Shown piece after piece: positions 1 through 11,513 of a DNA stretch of 64,000 nucleotides. The position numbers were made by a program, and so were the translations under genes. Where the stretch lies: contig OZ025795.1 of NCBI GenBank assembly GCA_964019425.1, positions 558,001-622,000 of the forward strand. Direction: 5' to 3'. Under the pieces are notes generated by a model that saw only the letters and a list, made by a program, of their open reading frames with translations, did no database searches and was not told the origin of the DNA. The stretch is from Flectonema sp. DT1601. Lineage: Eukaryota. Positions within the stretch are counted from its first letter, which is position 1; each line of letters opens with the position of its first letter.

Positions 1-1630
1 ATGCACACTCCAGCGAACGCGGAAAAGAAAAAAAAAAGAAAAAAAAAAAAAAAACGAATAGAACAAAAAGACGCAACGCACGATGGCTGTACTACTATGT
101 TTCATTTTATTGTCCTCCCTCAAGATATTTTTTCAAGGGAAAAAAAAAAAAAAAAAAAAAAAAAAGAGAGAGACAACTGTTTTGAGCAGTTCTCTTCCCT
201 CCTCCGCCCCTTCTTGTCTACAGGAATTTTATGGTTAAAAAAACAAGAAAAAAAAACAAAAAAAAAAAAACTCAACGCCACTCAAGGAATAGCCACCTGT
301 AGCTCAAGAGAAAGTACCCGCATATCGGTTATACAGACAAGTCAAGTCTGAAGCATTCTTAGTTTTCTTCGAAAGAAAGGAAAAAAAAAAAAAAAAAAAA
401 AAAAAAACGTTTTTCATTCTGGTAAATCTGCACCAAATCTCCTTCGGTTTTGGGAGAGATCCCTTTCCCCCCCTCTTTTTGTTTCACTCCTTTTGGTTAC
501 CTGAATTGCCCGCAACGCGTTGTGGATGTCGTGATTACGGACGACGTTAGCAGGTATACATTATCTTAAAACTAAAAATAAAAAGTAAAAAAATAATAAG
601 AATAAAAGGAAAAAAACACAAATGAGAATAATTGTTATTATACGTACCATCTGCCTGCGGATTCCGTGATCGATAAAGTTCGTTCGCACGAGCAGGTCAC
701 CAATAAGAGAAGCGATGAAAGTGTAGAATAGGCAGAGCAGTCGTGTGTTATCATTAAATTGATACATCTTCTGCAAGATTGTTGTTGAATAGTGCCACAA
801 GCAACTCCAGACATCAGTTTATTGTGTTTCTGCCAACTAATATAGGAAGGTTTCGTAAACCTTCTTTGTAGTTGGGTTCAATAACTGCGCAGTTGTTGCT
901 TCTTTTTCTTTTTTTTTCCTTCTTTTTTTCCCCCTTCTTTTTTTGTTGTTGTTGTGCGATTTTTGGTCGACTTTGCAGGTGGAAAAAAAATAAATAAATA
1001 AGGGAGAGTAGAATGAAGCCAATCCCCTGCAAAAACAACGACAACAAAAAATAAACACAAAAAAAAAAGTATACACTCTTACGATCCCTCCGATTAGTTA
1101 TTTTTTAAATGAATCAGGAGCGTCCATTCCTCTTTCCGAAAAACCCTCTTTGTTTTGGTTATATTTTCGCTACTGTTGCACTTCTGCACCGGTCAGCGTT
1201 GTTCAATATTCTATTTCCTGTTAGTGGCTGTCGGCATCTTCATGCATACAACCACTACTACACGAGGGAGGACAACCCATATACCTTGAGTTTTGGGTTC
1301 TTTCCCGACTGCAGGATCATCGTCCCTTCTACCACACGTAGCGTATTCGCAGTGTTGTTGTTCGAAAAAAAAAGAAATTGGTGCAAAAAAAAAAAAAAAA
1401 AAAAATCTTCTTTCGTGCGAACTAAAATTCAAATGTTTTGCATTGAATAAGAATAACTGTTTCATTACCTTTGTACCACTTGTTTTCGTATACGGTTTAA
1501 GTACCTTCTTTCTTAGTTCCCTTCATCGGACAGGTGTTCATATTTTGTCTTCTGAATGAGATGCGTTCTTAAAGAAGAGAATTTGCTGTTTCTCGTTTTT
1601 ATTTTTTGACGCCCGCATTATTTTGCTGAA

Positions 1631-1666
<36 letters not shown>

Positions 1667-1988
1667 TTACTTTATTCGAACCCGAAAAATCTTCCCGTCT
1701 TCTGAGACACCTGTTCTCTAATGTTTTCTCTTTCTCTCCACTGCCTTTTGGTCCCAGACCCGAAACTCTCTCTTTATTTATGTTTTCCCCTTCCACTTTG
1801 AATTGTGATGACACGTTTGAGTTATTATTTTACAAGTGTTTTCATTATTATTATTATTTTTTAACTTGAATTTTCAGAGTTTTGTTATCTACACACATGA
1901 TAATAGAAGGAGGAAAGGACATTGTTTTTATTAAAAAAAAAAAACCACCTTTTTTTTTCCCCAACAGGTGTGGGGGGCTAGAGGGGAA

Positions 1989-4900
1989 ATGCCACCTTCA
2001 GACGACAATGAAATTAATGAAGTTGAAGAAGAACTGAAATATTTAGGAGAGAGTGGACCTTTGGAAGGCGACAGCAGTACTGAAACAGCATCTACATGTG
2101 ATCCAATTGAAGCATCTGTGGCGGTGAGGGAAAAATTAAAACTCCTACTAGATTGTGGACGGGACAGTCAACTACTTTGTGATTGCATAACTGAAATATT
2201 ATCCTTCGAATCGACTTCTTTATCGTCAGACGATGTGACTGTACTTACTATTAACGAGGAGGCTATCCAAAATATTTTATTTCTCATTCGAACATCAGAA
2301 AAAGACCCCAAACGTGAACAACTAATCACTTTAACAGCTTTATTACTAAATCGTTTACACAGTTGGAGAATTTCATTGCCATCAGAACGTGATTTAATCA
2401 AAGCGGGTGTTTGTGAACTATTCTTAAGTGCGAGTAGCTATCCTGAAATAAAAACATCATGCGACCTACTAATAAGATTACTCAAAGGAGATAACATGAT
2501 AATTCAATCATTGATAAGTAACGGTATTCTTGATAAGTGTTTTCAGGTACTAAGTCCTGACGTAACTACAGATCAGGGATCGTTGTTGTATCTGCTGTCT
2601 CTTTTGATATTATATTCGGACATAGCGCTCGCAGCGTTTAATGCGAGGCCTTCACTTGTTTTGTTTTTGAGTATGCTTCAGGTAGGGTCGATTTGTAGGT
2701 CGGAAATAATTTCTGGAAATCCAATTATCTCACTGTCAGTGTCAATAATACTAAATCGACTATCAAAACAAAAAACCCTAACAGTTGGTGCAAACGTCGT
2801 TCAAACTCTTTGTGATATTATTTCTTGCTCATCATTATTATCAAAATCTGATTTTTTTGAATCAAAAAATTGGGATTCAGCTCTTTGCGAAGCTGCAGTC
2901 GAAACAGCTTTGACATGTGTAAGAAGAACAATAATAGGTAGCATTGATTTGTATATTGAAAATGGAATTAAGTGTTTTGTTGTTGTGTTGGGAGAATGTC
3001 CGTCGTTGGTTGGAATATGTGAAATTACTTTACAGATTCTGTCTTGTCTATTGAAATATCCGTCTGTTAACGAGACGAAAGGAATTATATCGGACCAGAA
3101 TAAAGAGCTATTCGGATCTGTGATGTGTACTAACCTATGTCGAGTTTGTGCAAAATTAATATTGTCAGATGGATTCGATATAAACAATGAAGACTACCCA
3201 GTTGAACTTTTAATTAGAATTTTGAGAACGTTTTCTCTTGGCGGGAGGTTGACCATATCCACTCCAGACATTTCAAGTTCATTCTTTGATGTTATAATTT
3301 CACTTAGAGATGTTTATCAAGTGAACTCACCAGTTGCGACAATTAAGTTAACGAGATTGTTTATTGAGTCAATTTTATATTGGAGTTCTGAAGCTACTCA
3401 GCAACTCGACAATAATCTCAACCCAGAAGACAATAACATAATCAAAGGCACTTCTCATCAACTGAATGAAGCAGTAATAAAAACAAACGCAGCGATTTCA
3501 ATTCAAAAATTATGGCGAGGTCACCATGGAAGAAGCAAATCTAAACTTTGGTTAAAAGCAGCAGCAGAATGCCACATGAAAAAAATTACAATGGAAAACG
3601 AGCACTACGAAGGAGCACTGTGGCTAAACGATACACAGTATACTGACAGGTGTAATATAATAAGTGATTTCGAAGGAGAATGGACGACTTTAATAAAATC
3701 ACATCAAACAATAACTACGGAGAGAGCAGCAATCGACATTGAAATAAGAGAACGGGAAAGACTAGCAATCGAAAGAACAGCAACACAATACTTCCACAAT
3801 GACGAATCTCGTGCTTTAATTACCAAACATGAATCACTGATGAATAGATCACTTCAACATCAGAGTCTCGAAGAACAAGAGATAGACGATGAAATAAAAG
3901 ACATTCAAATACTACCAAATCCTTCAGAAAGACAACAGCTAATGAATATAGTTACCAATCGACAACATACGCTGTCTCAGAATAACGCTAGAATCCGATT
4001 ACGTCTCCGAACAAACATGGCAGCTGAGAGAGACAGTTTAAACCAAAAACACGATGAGCAACTATCACACATCAGTGAATTTTATACAACTCAAAGAGAC
4101 TCACTGACAATAGAGCTGTTGGAGGAAAGATCTCGAGGATATGGAAAAGTTGATCGTCATTGGTGGAAGGGAAAAGGAATAGTTGAAGAAGAAACAAGAC
4201 AATGGGAGATATTACAAATAGCAATGGAGATGAAATGGATAGTTCCATCATGTGAACACTTTTATGAAGTCTATTCTAATAATTGTATTTATTTAATCAC
4301 AAAAATAATAAAAGAGTGCGTCTCCATAGCATACGATATGTCCGCAGAGTCGATTTCCAAGACTGAAGCAGTTGGTCGGTTGCATATTACTGCTGATGAG
4401 CATTTTGATTATTTTAGGAAATTAAAATATTTGACGATTCTATGTAAAATGAAATTCAATGAAATAAATTTGAGATTTGAACTTCTTCACGAAGAATTAG
4501 AAGACACGGAAATAGCACTGAGGCAACAGTTAGAAATTCAACAGCAAACTATTTCTGAAGACTTAGTGAAAACATCGTCTCTTGTTGGAAAGAGAAATTC
4601 AGAAGCACAACAAGTCATTCTTGCTGATGAACAAGATGATCGATTTTGTTTTGTTGGAGAATGGATTCAACTTTTACAACATCAATGGACTGAATGGATA
4701 AAACAAGGATTTATGGAACAATTTAAACAGACTCTTCGTTTTGAACAAACGATTCGCTCTGGACTCGCCCGACAAGAAGTTGGCGCATGGCACACTCTCC
4801 ACAGCAGTGAAACAGATCAATACGTCGCTAGTGAACTCCACAGACTTTTTAGAGAAATATCTGAAATGGAAACTACTGCAAGAAATGATCTTCAAAATTC

Positions 4901-7900
4901 TGATATCCAACTACGTTCTTCAATTTTGGAATCTCACCAGACGCTACTTCCACTAATCATGAAATCAAATAACGAAAGTGCTGAGTTTGCTTCTCGACAG
5001 ACTTTCTTATTGGAAGAAACCTGTTACATAATAAGTCTTTGGAAGTCATTCACAACATTAGGATTCCTTTTAAGACACAAAGAAACAAGACAAAAGATCT
5101 TCAGCGATGAGACTTCTATATTCTCATCGTTCAATAATTTGTTTTATGTTGGTTATAATATGGTCCTACGGGGAAGGCAAGCATTGGTTGAGAGAACAGC
5201 TCGAAGACTTACAATTAGAAAAGAAGAAGATCACAGAAGCGTACTCCAACAAACAATAAGAAATCAACTAATGTTAGGCATGAAGTCATTTGGTAGACTC
5301 ATTCGAGAACGTGAAGAGATTTCATCCAGACGTTGTATCCTTTTTGATGAGGTTATCAATACATCAATCATACGAGGACAGCTCCAGTCCAATCTTATGA
5401 AGTCTTCTATTGGCGGCATCGTATTTGAAGAACAAAACTCTCGAATAACAACAACCTCATTGCTTGCTTCTAGTCTTTTTAGTCTGCAGCAGAATTTCAT
5501 TTCTGACAGTGAATCCCTATGTCGGATGTCAATAACAATTTTTTACAATGTCGAAATGAATGAGATACTACAACTGGAACAATCTGAATTCAACTTAGTC
5601 TACACCAAATATTTATCAGAAGAAGAATCTATGAAAAGAGATTGGCTCGATGATAAATCTAGTGTTATTTTCAGTACAATTCAACTCGGATTTATGAAAC
5701 AATTAGAAACTGTCCTACTAAAAGAACAGAGAATTCAATTACAACTAACTGAAAGCGATTCACGTCTTGAAATTGAAGCACACTCTGTGCACATCTACAT
5801 CGAATTAACAACAAAAAAAATTAAAGATAAAAATTTCATCACCATACACTTATTAAAAACAAGTGAGGAACAGGCAAGAGACATAGTTCTGTTTTTATAT
5901 TGGGAAGAGATATATTGTAGTAGACAAGTTTTGTTTATTTCTAATCACAATGAATCTAATCAATTAATACAACGAAGAGAACAGAGAGAAATTAGATACC
6001 ATTGGGATACGTTGCAGTTAGCTGTTTTTTATTCACGTTGTTATTGTGTATCGGCTGAAGAAAATCAACTTAGATCTGACATCGAATTGTTAGAGGAACC
6101 TTTCAGAGATGGTTTTGTCAATTTGATTTGTGAAAATGATAAATTAATAAAAATAAACTTATTACAAAGGTTTGTTAGGTTGGGATTGTCGTCAAAAAAA
6201 CTACTAAGACGACGTAGGGAAATTGACATAAGCTATCAACTTGAAGACATTGCCGAAGAACGTCACCACATTAATGAAAATGCTATAACTATTCAAAGGT
6301 TTATTCCGTTCATCAAATCAAGACAAGTCTTTATATGTCAGTTAAACAAAAAGAACAGAGAAGCAGCAATCGTATTTCAATCACTTTGTAGGAGATGGGT
6401 AGCTCAAAAGCAAGTTCGATTCTTACGAAGAAAGAGAAATTATTTAATAAAAAGACAATTGTTTAAAGAAAATAACAGCGCGCAGCTGATCCAATGGGCT
6501 TGGAGAGAACAGAAGGCGAGGGTTCTCGCAGTTGAGTATCAGAAAATGATTTCTGAATTAAAAATATTAAATTACAATGCAACTGAAATCCAACGATGCA
6601 TCCGAGGCTACCTCGGTAGAAAAACAGCCATCCAAGTCCGCTACAATAGAGATACATTAATGTCTTTAATCATTCAAAGGTTCTGCAAGTCAAAACAGTC
6701 TAAAATAACAACTCGACGAATCCAATGCCAACATATAAATAATAACAGATCAGTGTTAACACGACAAGTAATGGATGTAAACTTTGATTCACTTGTGTTG
6801 TCGCATGCTATCCAACGATGCAGAGCAGCTTCAACCGTCCAACGAGCATTCCGATTTTACAGAGCTAGTGTCATTTATGTGTTTAAAATTAAACAGCAAA
6901 GTATCTTGGAAGAATATTTTATCAAAGAAAATTCAGCCACTTGCATCCAGCGAAGATTTCGAGGTATGCAAAGCAGACGATTTGTTAATCAACTAAAGGA
7001 AGAACAGCTGTATAAGTTAGAACAAGAAACTATTCAGAAACAACAAAATGCCTGCATCGCAATTCAAAGAATTGGAAAAGGGATGACAAACAGACAGTTC
7101 TTCCATCAAACACTCACCACAGAAATAAAAGCAGCGATAGTTATTCAATGTTGGAGAAGAGTAATTCACAGTCGCAGTGTCGCATCATTCTTGAGAATAA
7201 AATCAAAAACTAATTTACTTTATGAAGAAAGACTAAGCGCTGTATCACTACTACAACACGTATCGAGAGGATACAAGTATCGATCATGTGTTCTGTATCC
7301 ATTATACGAAGCCTACCAATATAAATTACAACGCTATAACACGTCGGTAGAATTACTTTATAGAGTTCAGTTGGGTTACAAGTCTCGATTCTTACTATAT
7401 AAAAATCTAATTAAGAGAAACAGCTCTGTGGAGTGTCTTCAGCGAGCAACTCGTTGTCATCGAAGTCGCAATGAAGTTGCAATACGCTCATCTCAGAAGG
7501 AACAAGAAAACAGAAATAGAATGCAGTGGAATGGTTCTATTGTTATTCAATGTGCTTGGAGATGGAGGTCTTTAAAAAAGATATCCGCGGCATACAGGAT
7601 CCAAGAAACATGGAAACGTGTAAAGGAAAGAGTAAAACAACAATCACAAATAACATCATCGAAATTAAAAATCTACTCTATGGAAAGACGAGTTCTCTAC
7701 AGAACTGAATCAGCTGCTCGTTTTGAAATCGTCAGTTCTGAAGACGATGGATTCACAGTTCTGTTAAAGGAGGAACTCCCTTCTTGGGATGATAAAACTC
7801 ACATTTCAGTTCTCGTGAGAACAATTCCAATAAAGTGTAAAACACTCTTATCACAAGAAAAAGCTTCACGAATAGAAATAGAACATGAGACTGTAAAAAG

Positions 7901-9071
7901 TTTAAAGAAACACGCTATCGTATCAAATGATCTTCGAAACTTAATTGGTACTCAAATTATCAATCAAAAGTTACTGTCAATCGAAAGAGATAGTGTCATT
8001 GTTATGATGAGGCATCAACAAGTTGGTCTTCAGGAGCTTCGAAACTTAAAACTTCGATTCGCAAGAGTTCGCAAAACCCTCAACAGAGAACAAAAGCGAA
8101 ATCTTCAACAAGAATATCTCTCTGGGAGGGAATCGATCATGATATCAGCGACATTGAATTGGAAGGAAGTATTCAAAGACATTCTTGTAGCGACTCCTTA
8201 CAAGTGTCTGACATCATCTCATACTCGACGTAAGTCAATAAAATTACCTCCGGAGGCTAGAACCAATGCAGCAATTGCAATAACAACTCGCTGTCAAGAA
8301 AGAGGGAAAACTTCAATGCTTGGAGACCTATTTCAGCAAGAGGGCTTACCTTTACCGACTTCACATGTTTCACTGTTGTCAGTTCCGAAAAAATATAAAG
8401 ACAACAAAGTGAGTGAGATACGAACCTTACTTCCACAACCAAAATTATGTGAAATAGAAGCTCTGGCCACGACTATTCAACAAGGTTCTGTTTCTGATAG
8501 AAGGGCTCAGATTATAAATGGTAATTACAAAGCGAGTACATTAACATTAAGTCTGTCAGGGATACCTATTGGTGATGATGGTATGAAAATACTTCTAAAA
8601 GGATTCGCAGATAGGGATTGTTGGGTTGTCGAGTCTCTATATTTGAAGGAAACAAACATCAGTGATTTAGTGATGGAAGACTTTGCTGATACTCTTCGTG
8701 TTAACACGTCGTTGACGTCAATCAGTTTAGTTGGAAATATAAACATCACAGATGACGGTATCGATGTTTTAATATCAGCGCTTCGTTATAACAAAACGTT
8801 GTTGTTTGTTGATGTTTCACAAACATCTGTCACTCCGTTTAAAAAAAATGTTCTTCTTCAGAATCTCGCATCGACCTCCCGACATACAATCCAAACAGAC
8901 GAGGAATCAAATGACATGAATGCTACTTGTCCTTTACCTCGAAAATCTTCTTTCATACCAGCAGTTGATCTTTCAGTGACTTACAGTGGATCTTCAGCTC
9001 GTATGGCAGGTGCTAATATGTTCCCGGGAAAGTTAAAGCCACTTGACTGCTGGGATACTAGTGATTACTAA
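1989..9071 (+). CDS. Large (~2360 aa) protein: helical/ARM-like N-terminus, coiled coils, many IQ calmodulin-binding motifs, C-terminal RNI-like leucine-rich repeats
   Basis: Uninterrupted ORF; first ATG at 1989, just after a T-tract-CCAACAG|G acceptor-like site (1967). IQ motifs include IQKLWRGHHGR, IQRCIRGYLGR and IQRRFRGMQSR. LRR-like segments include LSLSGIPIGDDGMKIL, LYLKETNISD and SLTSISLVGNINITDDG. Confidence 0.8.
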   Translation: MPPSDDNEINEVEEELKYLGESGPLEGDSSTETASTCDPIEASVAVREKLKLLLDCGRDSQLLCDCITEILSFESTSLSSDDVTVLTINEEAIQNILFLIRTSEKDPKREQLITLTALLLNRLHSWRISLPSERDLIKAGVCELFLSASSYPEIKTSCDLLIRLLKGDNMIIQSLISNGILDKCFQVLSPDVTTDQGSLLYLLSLLILYSDIALAAFNARPSLVLFLSMLQVGSICRSEIISGNPIISLSVSIILNRLSKQKTLTVGANVVQTLCDIISCSSLLSKSDFFESKNWDSALCEAAVETALTCVRRTIIGSIDLYIENGIKCFVVVLGECPSLVGICEITLQILSCLLKYPSVNETKGIISDQNKELFGSVMCTNLCRVCAKLILSDGFDINNEDYPVELLIRILRTFSLGGRLTISTPDISSSFFDVIISLRDVYQVNSPVATIKLTRLFIESILYWSSEATQQLDNNLNPEDNNIIKGTSHQLNEAVIKTNAAISIQKLWRGHHGRSKSKLWLKAAAECHMKKITMENEHYEGALWLNDTQYTDRCNIISDFEGEWTTLIKSHQTITTERAAIDIEIRERERLAIERTATQYFHNDESRALITKHESLMNRSLQHQSLEEQEIDDEIKDIQILPNPSERQQLMNIVTNRQHTLSQNNARIRLRLRTNMAAERDSLNQKHDEQLSHISEFYTTQRDSLTIELLEERSRGYGKVDRHWWKGKGIVEEETRQWEILQIAMEMKWIVPSCEHFYEVYSNNCIYLITKIIKECVSIAYDMSAESISKTEAVGRLHITADEHFDYFRKLKYLTILCKMKFNEINLRFELLHEELEDTEIALRQQLEIQQQTISEDLVKTSSLVGKRNSEAQQVILADEQDDRFCFVGEWIQLLQHQWTEWIKQGFMEQFKQTLRFEQTIRSGLARQEVGAWHTLHSSETDQYVASELHRLFREISEMETTARNDLQNSDIQLRSSILESHQTLLPLIMKSNNESAEFASRQTFLLEETCYIISLWKSFTTLGFLLRHKETRQKIFSDETSIFSSFNNLFYVGYNMVLRGRQALVERTARRLTIRKEEDHRSVLQQTIRNQLMLGMKSFGRLIREREEISSRRCILFDEVINTSIIRGQLQSNLMKSSIGGIVFEEQNSRITTTSLLASSLFSLQQNFISDSESLCRMSITIFYNVEMNEILQLEQSEFNLVYTKYLSEEESMKRDWLDDKSSVIFSTIQLGFMKQLETVLLKEQRIQLQLTESDSRLEIEAHSVHIYIELTTKKIKDKNFITIHLLKTSEEQARDIVLFLYWEEIYCSRQVLFISNHNESNQLIQRREQREIRYHWDTLQLAVFYSRCYCVSAEENQLRSDIELLEEPFRDGFVNLICENDKLIKINLLQRFVRLGLSSKKLLRRRREIDISYQLEDIAEERHHINENAITIQRFIPFIKSRQVFICQLNKKNREAAIVFQSLCRRWVAQKQVRFLRRKRNYLIKRQLFKENNSAQLIQWAWREQKARVLAVEYQKMISELKILNYNATEIQRCIRGYLGRKTAIQVRYNRDTLMSLIIQRFCKSKQSKITTRRIQCQHINNNRSVLTRQVMDVNFDSLVLSHAIQRCRAASTVQRAFRFYRASVIYVFKIKQQSILEEYFIKENSATCIQRRFRGMQSRRFVNQLKEEQLYKLEQETIQKQQNACIAIQRIGKGMTNRQFFHQTLTTEIKAAIVIQCWRRVIHSRSVASFLRIKSKTNLLYEERLSAVSLLQHVSRGYKYRSCVLYPLYEAYQYKLQRYNTSVELLYRVQLGYKSRFLLYKNLIKRNSSVECLQRATRCHRSRNEVAIRSSQKEQENRNRMQWNGSIVIQCAWRWRSLKKISAAYRIQETWKRVKERVKQQSQITSSKLKIYSMERRVLYRTESAARFEIVSSEDDGFTVLLKEELPSWDDKTHISVLVRTIPIKCKTLLSQEKASRIEIEHETVKSLKKHAIVSNDLRNLIGTQIINQKLLSIERDSVIVMMRHQQVGLQELRNLKLRFARVRKTLNREQKRNLQQEYLSGRESIMISATLNWKEVFKDILVATPYKCLTSSHTRRKSIKLPPEARTNAAIAITTRCQERGKTSMLGDLFQQEGLPLPTSHVSLLSVPKKYKDNKVSEIRTLLPQPKLCEIEALATTIQQGSVSDRRAQIINGNYKASTLTLSLSGIPIGDDGMKILLKGFADRDCWVVESLYLKETNISDLVMEDFADTLRVNTSLTSISLVGNINITDDGIDVLISALRYNKTLLFVDVSQTSVTPFKKNVLLQNLASTSRHTIQTDEESNDMNATCPLPRKSSFIPAVDLSVTYSGSSARMAGANMFPGKLKPLDCWDTSDY

Positions 9072-9539
9072 CTCAGTAATGTCTTAGTGATGTCTTAATT
9101 ACGACTTTTTCCTCTAGCTGAGGAATATTACTGGGATTCGAAAGGCTCTAAGCGATTGCCCGCAGAGAGCTCTCTCCCGTCTTAGTGATAAACAACTAAC
9201 CTCTGCTAACATCGGTACGTTTTCCTTGAAAAAGTAAACAGATCTGCTCCCTTTGAGAACCATAATTTCCATTATTGGTCGTGCCTTTCATCTTCTTAAG
9301 TTCCGTTGATTTATTTATACTATTTTCTTTTACACGTATTGTTTTTTCTCTTACTTGGTGTGTTCTTTCTTTTATTTTGAGACTTTATTTTTCAATTTTT
9401 CTTCAGGTCGGATTCCCAAAATGATTTGGAACTTTGGAGGAAGATTCAAAAACAGTACTTTCCTCTGTAATATTTGTGATCTCTGAGTGATGTGTTATTT
9501 ATTATTGTTATTTTTATCAGGTCAGCTGTAACAGCTCGC

Positions 9540-11093
9540 ATGCAAGAAGAAGAGCACAGCAGCCTCGACGAAGGAACTTCTGAGGACACGGAAAGCGTCG
9601 CAGAGGCGGCTGATGTTCCACGTCAAAGGAGTAGCGGAAGTGTCCAGAGTGCTTCCCGTACACCAGAACCAAAAGCAATTAAAGACCCTGTACCTGGACT
9701 AAGTGACACAGACGCAAGTGATGAAGAAGAGTACGAAAGAGACGACGTATTGGCAGCTTTTCTGAACACTAAAATGCTTCTCCACACGAGGTTAGCGATT
9801 CCAACTGATATAGAAATGCCTCCATACCGACTGTTGGGAGTCTTGTCTCGTAGTAATCCAGAACTGTGGGGACACGTCTTAGCAACTCTTGCGAATGAAT
9901 GGTGTTGCGCTTATCTAAATACGTCTGGTGGGATGTTAATGATTGGAGTAGAGTCTGATGGTACTATTGAAGGTATTCCTCTAAATACTCATCATTCACA
10001 ATTACATTCATTCTTAACTCCTTTATTTAGTACACTTGATGGGTTCTGGCCTCCAATAACTGAAGGATTGATTAGTGTTTCTCTACTACCTGTTTGTACA
10101 CCTGTTGGTGACTTTGATCCTTATTATGTTATTATGATAAGAGTTAAGAGAGGACCAATGCCGTGCTACATCAATAGCGCGGGTGTTTGTTATGAAGGAG
10201 ATCACGTGTTGGAAGAGATAGCCGATAGGAAGTCACGCATGTCTCTCGTTAATACAAATCAGCTTGCTAAATATCTAACAACGTACTCTGATGAAAGAGC
10301 ACGCAAAGCATTAATGATGTCGGATGTGATTAGAGGAAAGACTCCATTTGTATTTAACTACAGCTCCCATTGGAGTCATCCTCCTCTCACATTAATACCA
10401 GAGACTGCTACCAGTACGATGCTTGGAGCTACTGTTAAGATTGAAGGAGATACATCTGTTAATTTAAAATTAAAACCCCCATGTAATCACGCTCAGTGGA
10501 CCCTTGGATCTCTTGAAGGGAGCGCAGGTAAATGTCGTGTCTCTCTTGTGTGTAACATCTGTAAGAATCATTGGAAATTCGCAGCTAAGGATACTTTTGA
10601 AAACTTACGATGCATTCCTTTTTCTGAAGGGAACTGTCAGTCAGGATCTTCCTGTAGACTTATTCATGTTCAGATGACTCCTTCAATTCCTGCTGCAACT
10701 GGTGGTGGAACTCCATCAATTCACCCACTTCCAGGTAAGAAGAAAAAACCAAAAAGAGAAAATAGTGGACCACCACCACTGTCTGGATTAATGAGAGGAC
10801 CTCCAGTAACTGATGAGCCTCCACGACCACAACCTCGAATTGTTCCAACAGTACCTCCGGAGTTAATGAATGTTCAGAGAGTTCAAAATCAAAATATTTG
10901 CGGTGGTATCTCGGGAGGACCTGGTTATCAAAATCCAGGTTTGAACCCTTCTGCTTTACAACGATTACAGACAGATGAAGATCTCTCTCACAGTGATCAT
11001 GTTCTAACACCGAAGTCAGGTGCGAATACACCGAGAAAACGAAAGCGTGGAAACATAAAACAAAAACCTCGTCCAAAATCAGACAACAATTAG
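9540..11093 (+). CDS. Schlafen/AlbA_2-domain protein with a Cys/His zinc-ribbon-like motif and a CCCH zinc finger
   Basis: CAYLNTSGGMLMIGVESDGTIEGI matches the AlbA_2 'AFxNxxGGxLxIGVxDxGxxxG' signature, followed by YVIMIRVKRG..PCY. CIPFSEGNCQSGSSCRLIH is C-x7-C-x5-C-x3-H. ATG at 9540 follows TTTTTATCAG|G (9520). Confidence 0.75.
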   Translation: MQEEEHSSLDEGTSEDTESVAEAADVPRQRSSGSVQSASRTPEPKAIKDPVPGLSDTDASDEEEYERDDVLAAFLNTKMLLHTRLAIPTDIEMPPYRLLGVLSRSNPELWGHVLATLANEWCCAYLNTSGGMLMIGVESDGTIEGIPLNTHHSQLHSFLTPLFSTLDGFWPPITEGLISVSLLPVCTPVGDFDPYYVIMIRVKRGPMPCYINSAGVCYEGDHVLEEIADRKSRMSLVNTNQLAKYLTTYSDERARKALMMSDVIRGKTPFVFNYSSHWSHPPLTLIPETATSTMLGATVKIEGDTSVNLKLKPPCNHAQWTLGSLEGSAGKCRVSLVCNICKNHWKFAAKDTFENLRCIPFSEGNCQSGSSCRLIHVQMTPSIPAATGGGTPSIHPLPGKKKKPKRENSGPPPLSGLMRGPPVTDEPPRPQPRIVPTVPPELMNVQRVQNQNICGGISGGPGYQNPGLNPSALQRLQTDEDLSHSDHVLTPKSGANTPRKRKRGNIKQKPRPKSDNN

Positions 11094-11513
11094 TAAAAAT
11101 AGTTCAGCGCTGGGAGCTTACTATATACACATTGAAATATTTCAGGTACGTCGTGGACAAGGTGGTGCAATCATCTCTTCAGGCAGGTGAATACAATTAT
11201 ATCTTTAGATTATTTTTCTTTTCCATTATTTGGTTTTTTAAAATAGCTGCCCATTTCCCCCTTCCCCTGTTTGGGTTTAGCACCGTTGAAAATTGTGTTG
11301 TTGTCTTTTCTGCTTTCTTGGCGACGATTTCTCTTATCGTTGAAAGGTCACCTCAAGACTGGGATGGAAATACAACTTTTTTTGATTCCAATTTATAGAT
11401 GCATCATTATTGGAGGTGGGAATCAAAGTACTACGTTAACTGTGGAAGTTTTTTTTTTTAATTTCGATTTTGAATTTTTTTTTTTTCAACTCAGGTATCA
11501 ATTAATATCAACA

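Noticed and set aside
1..1814. Short ORFs rich in poly-Lys or poly-Phe
   Set aside because: They are translations of A/T homopolymer tracts with no protein-like content.
11271..11513. N-terminal extensions given by the ORF track (also 1968, 9492, 18008, 25454, 44109)
   Set aside because: They start at non-ATG codons and often run through T/A tracts or acceptor sites; the first suitable downstream ATG was used instead.
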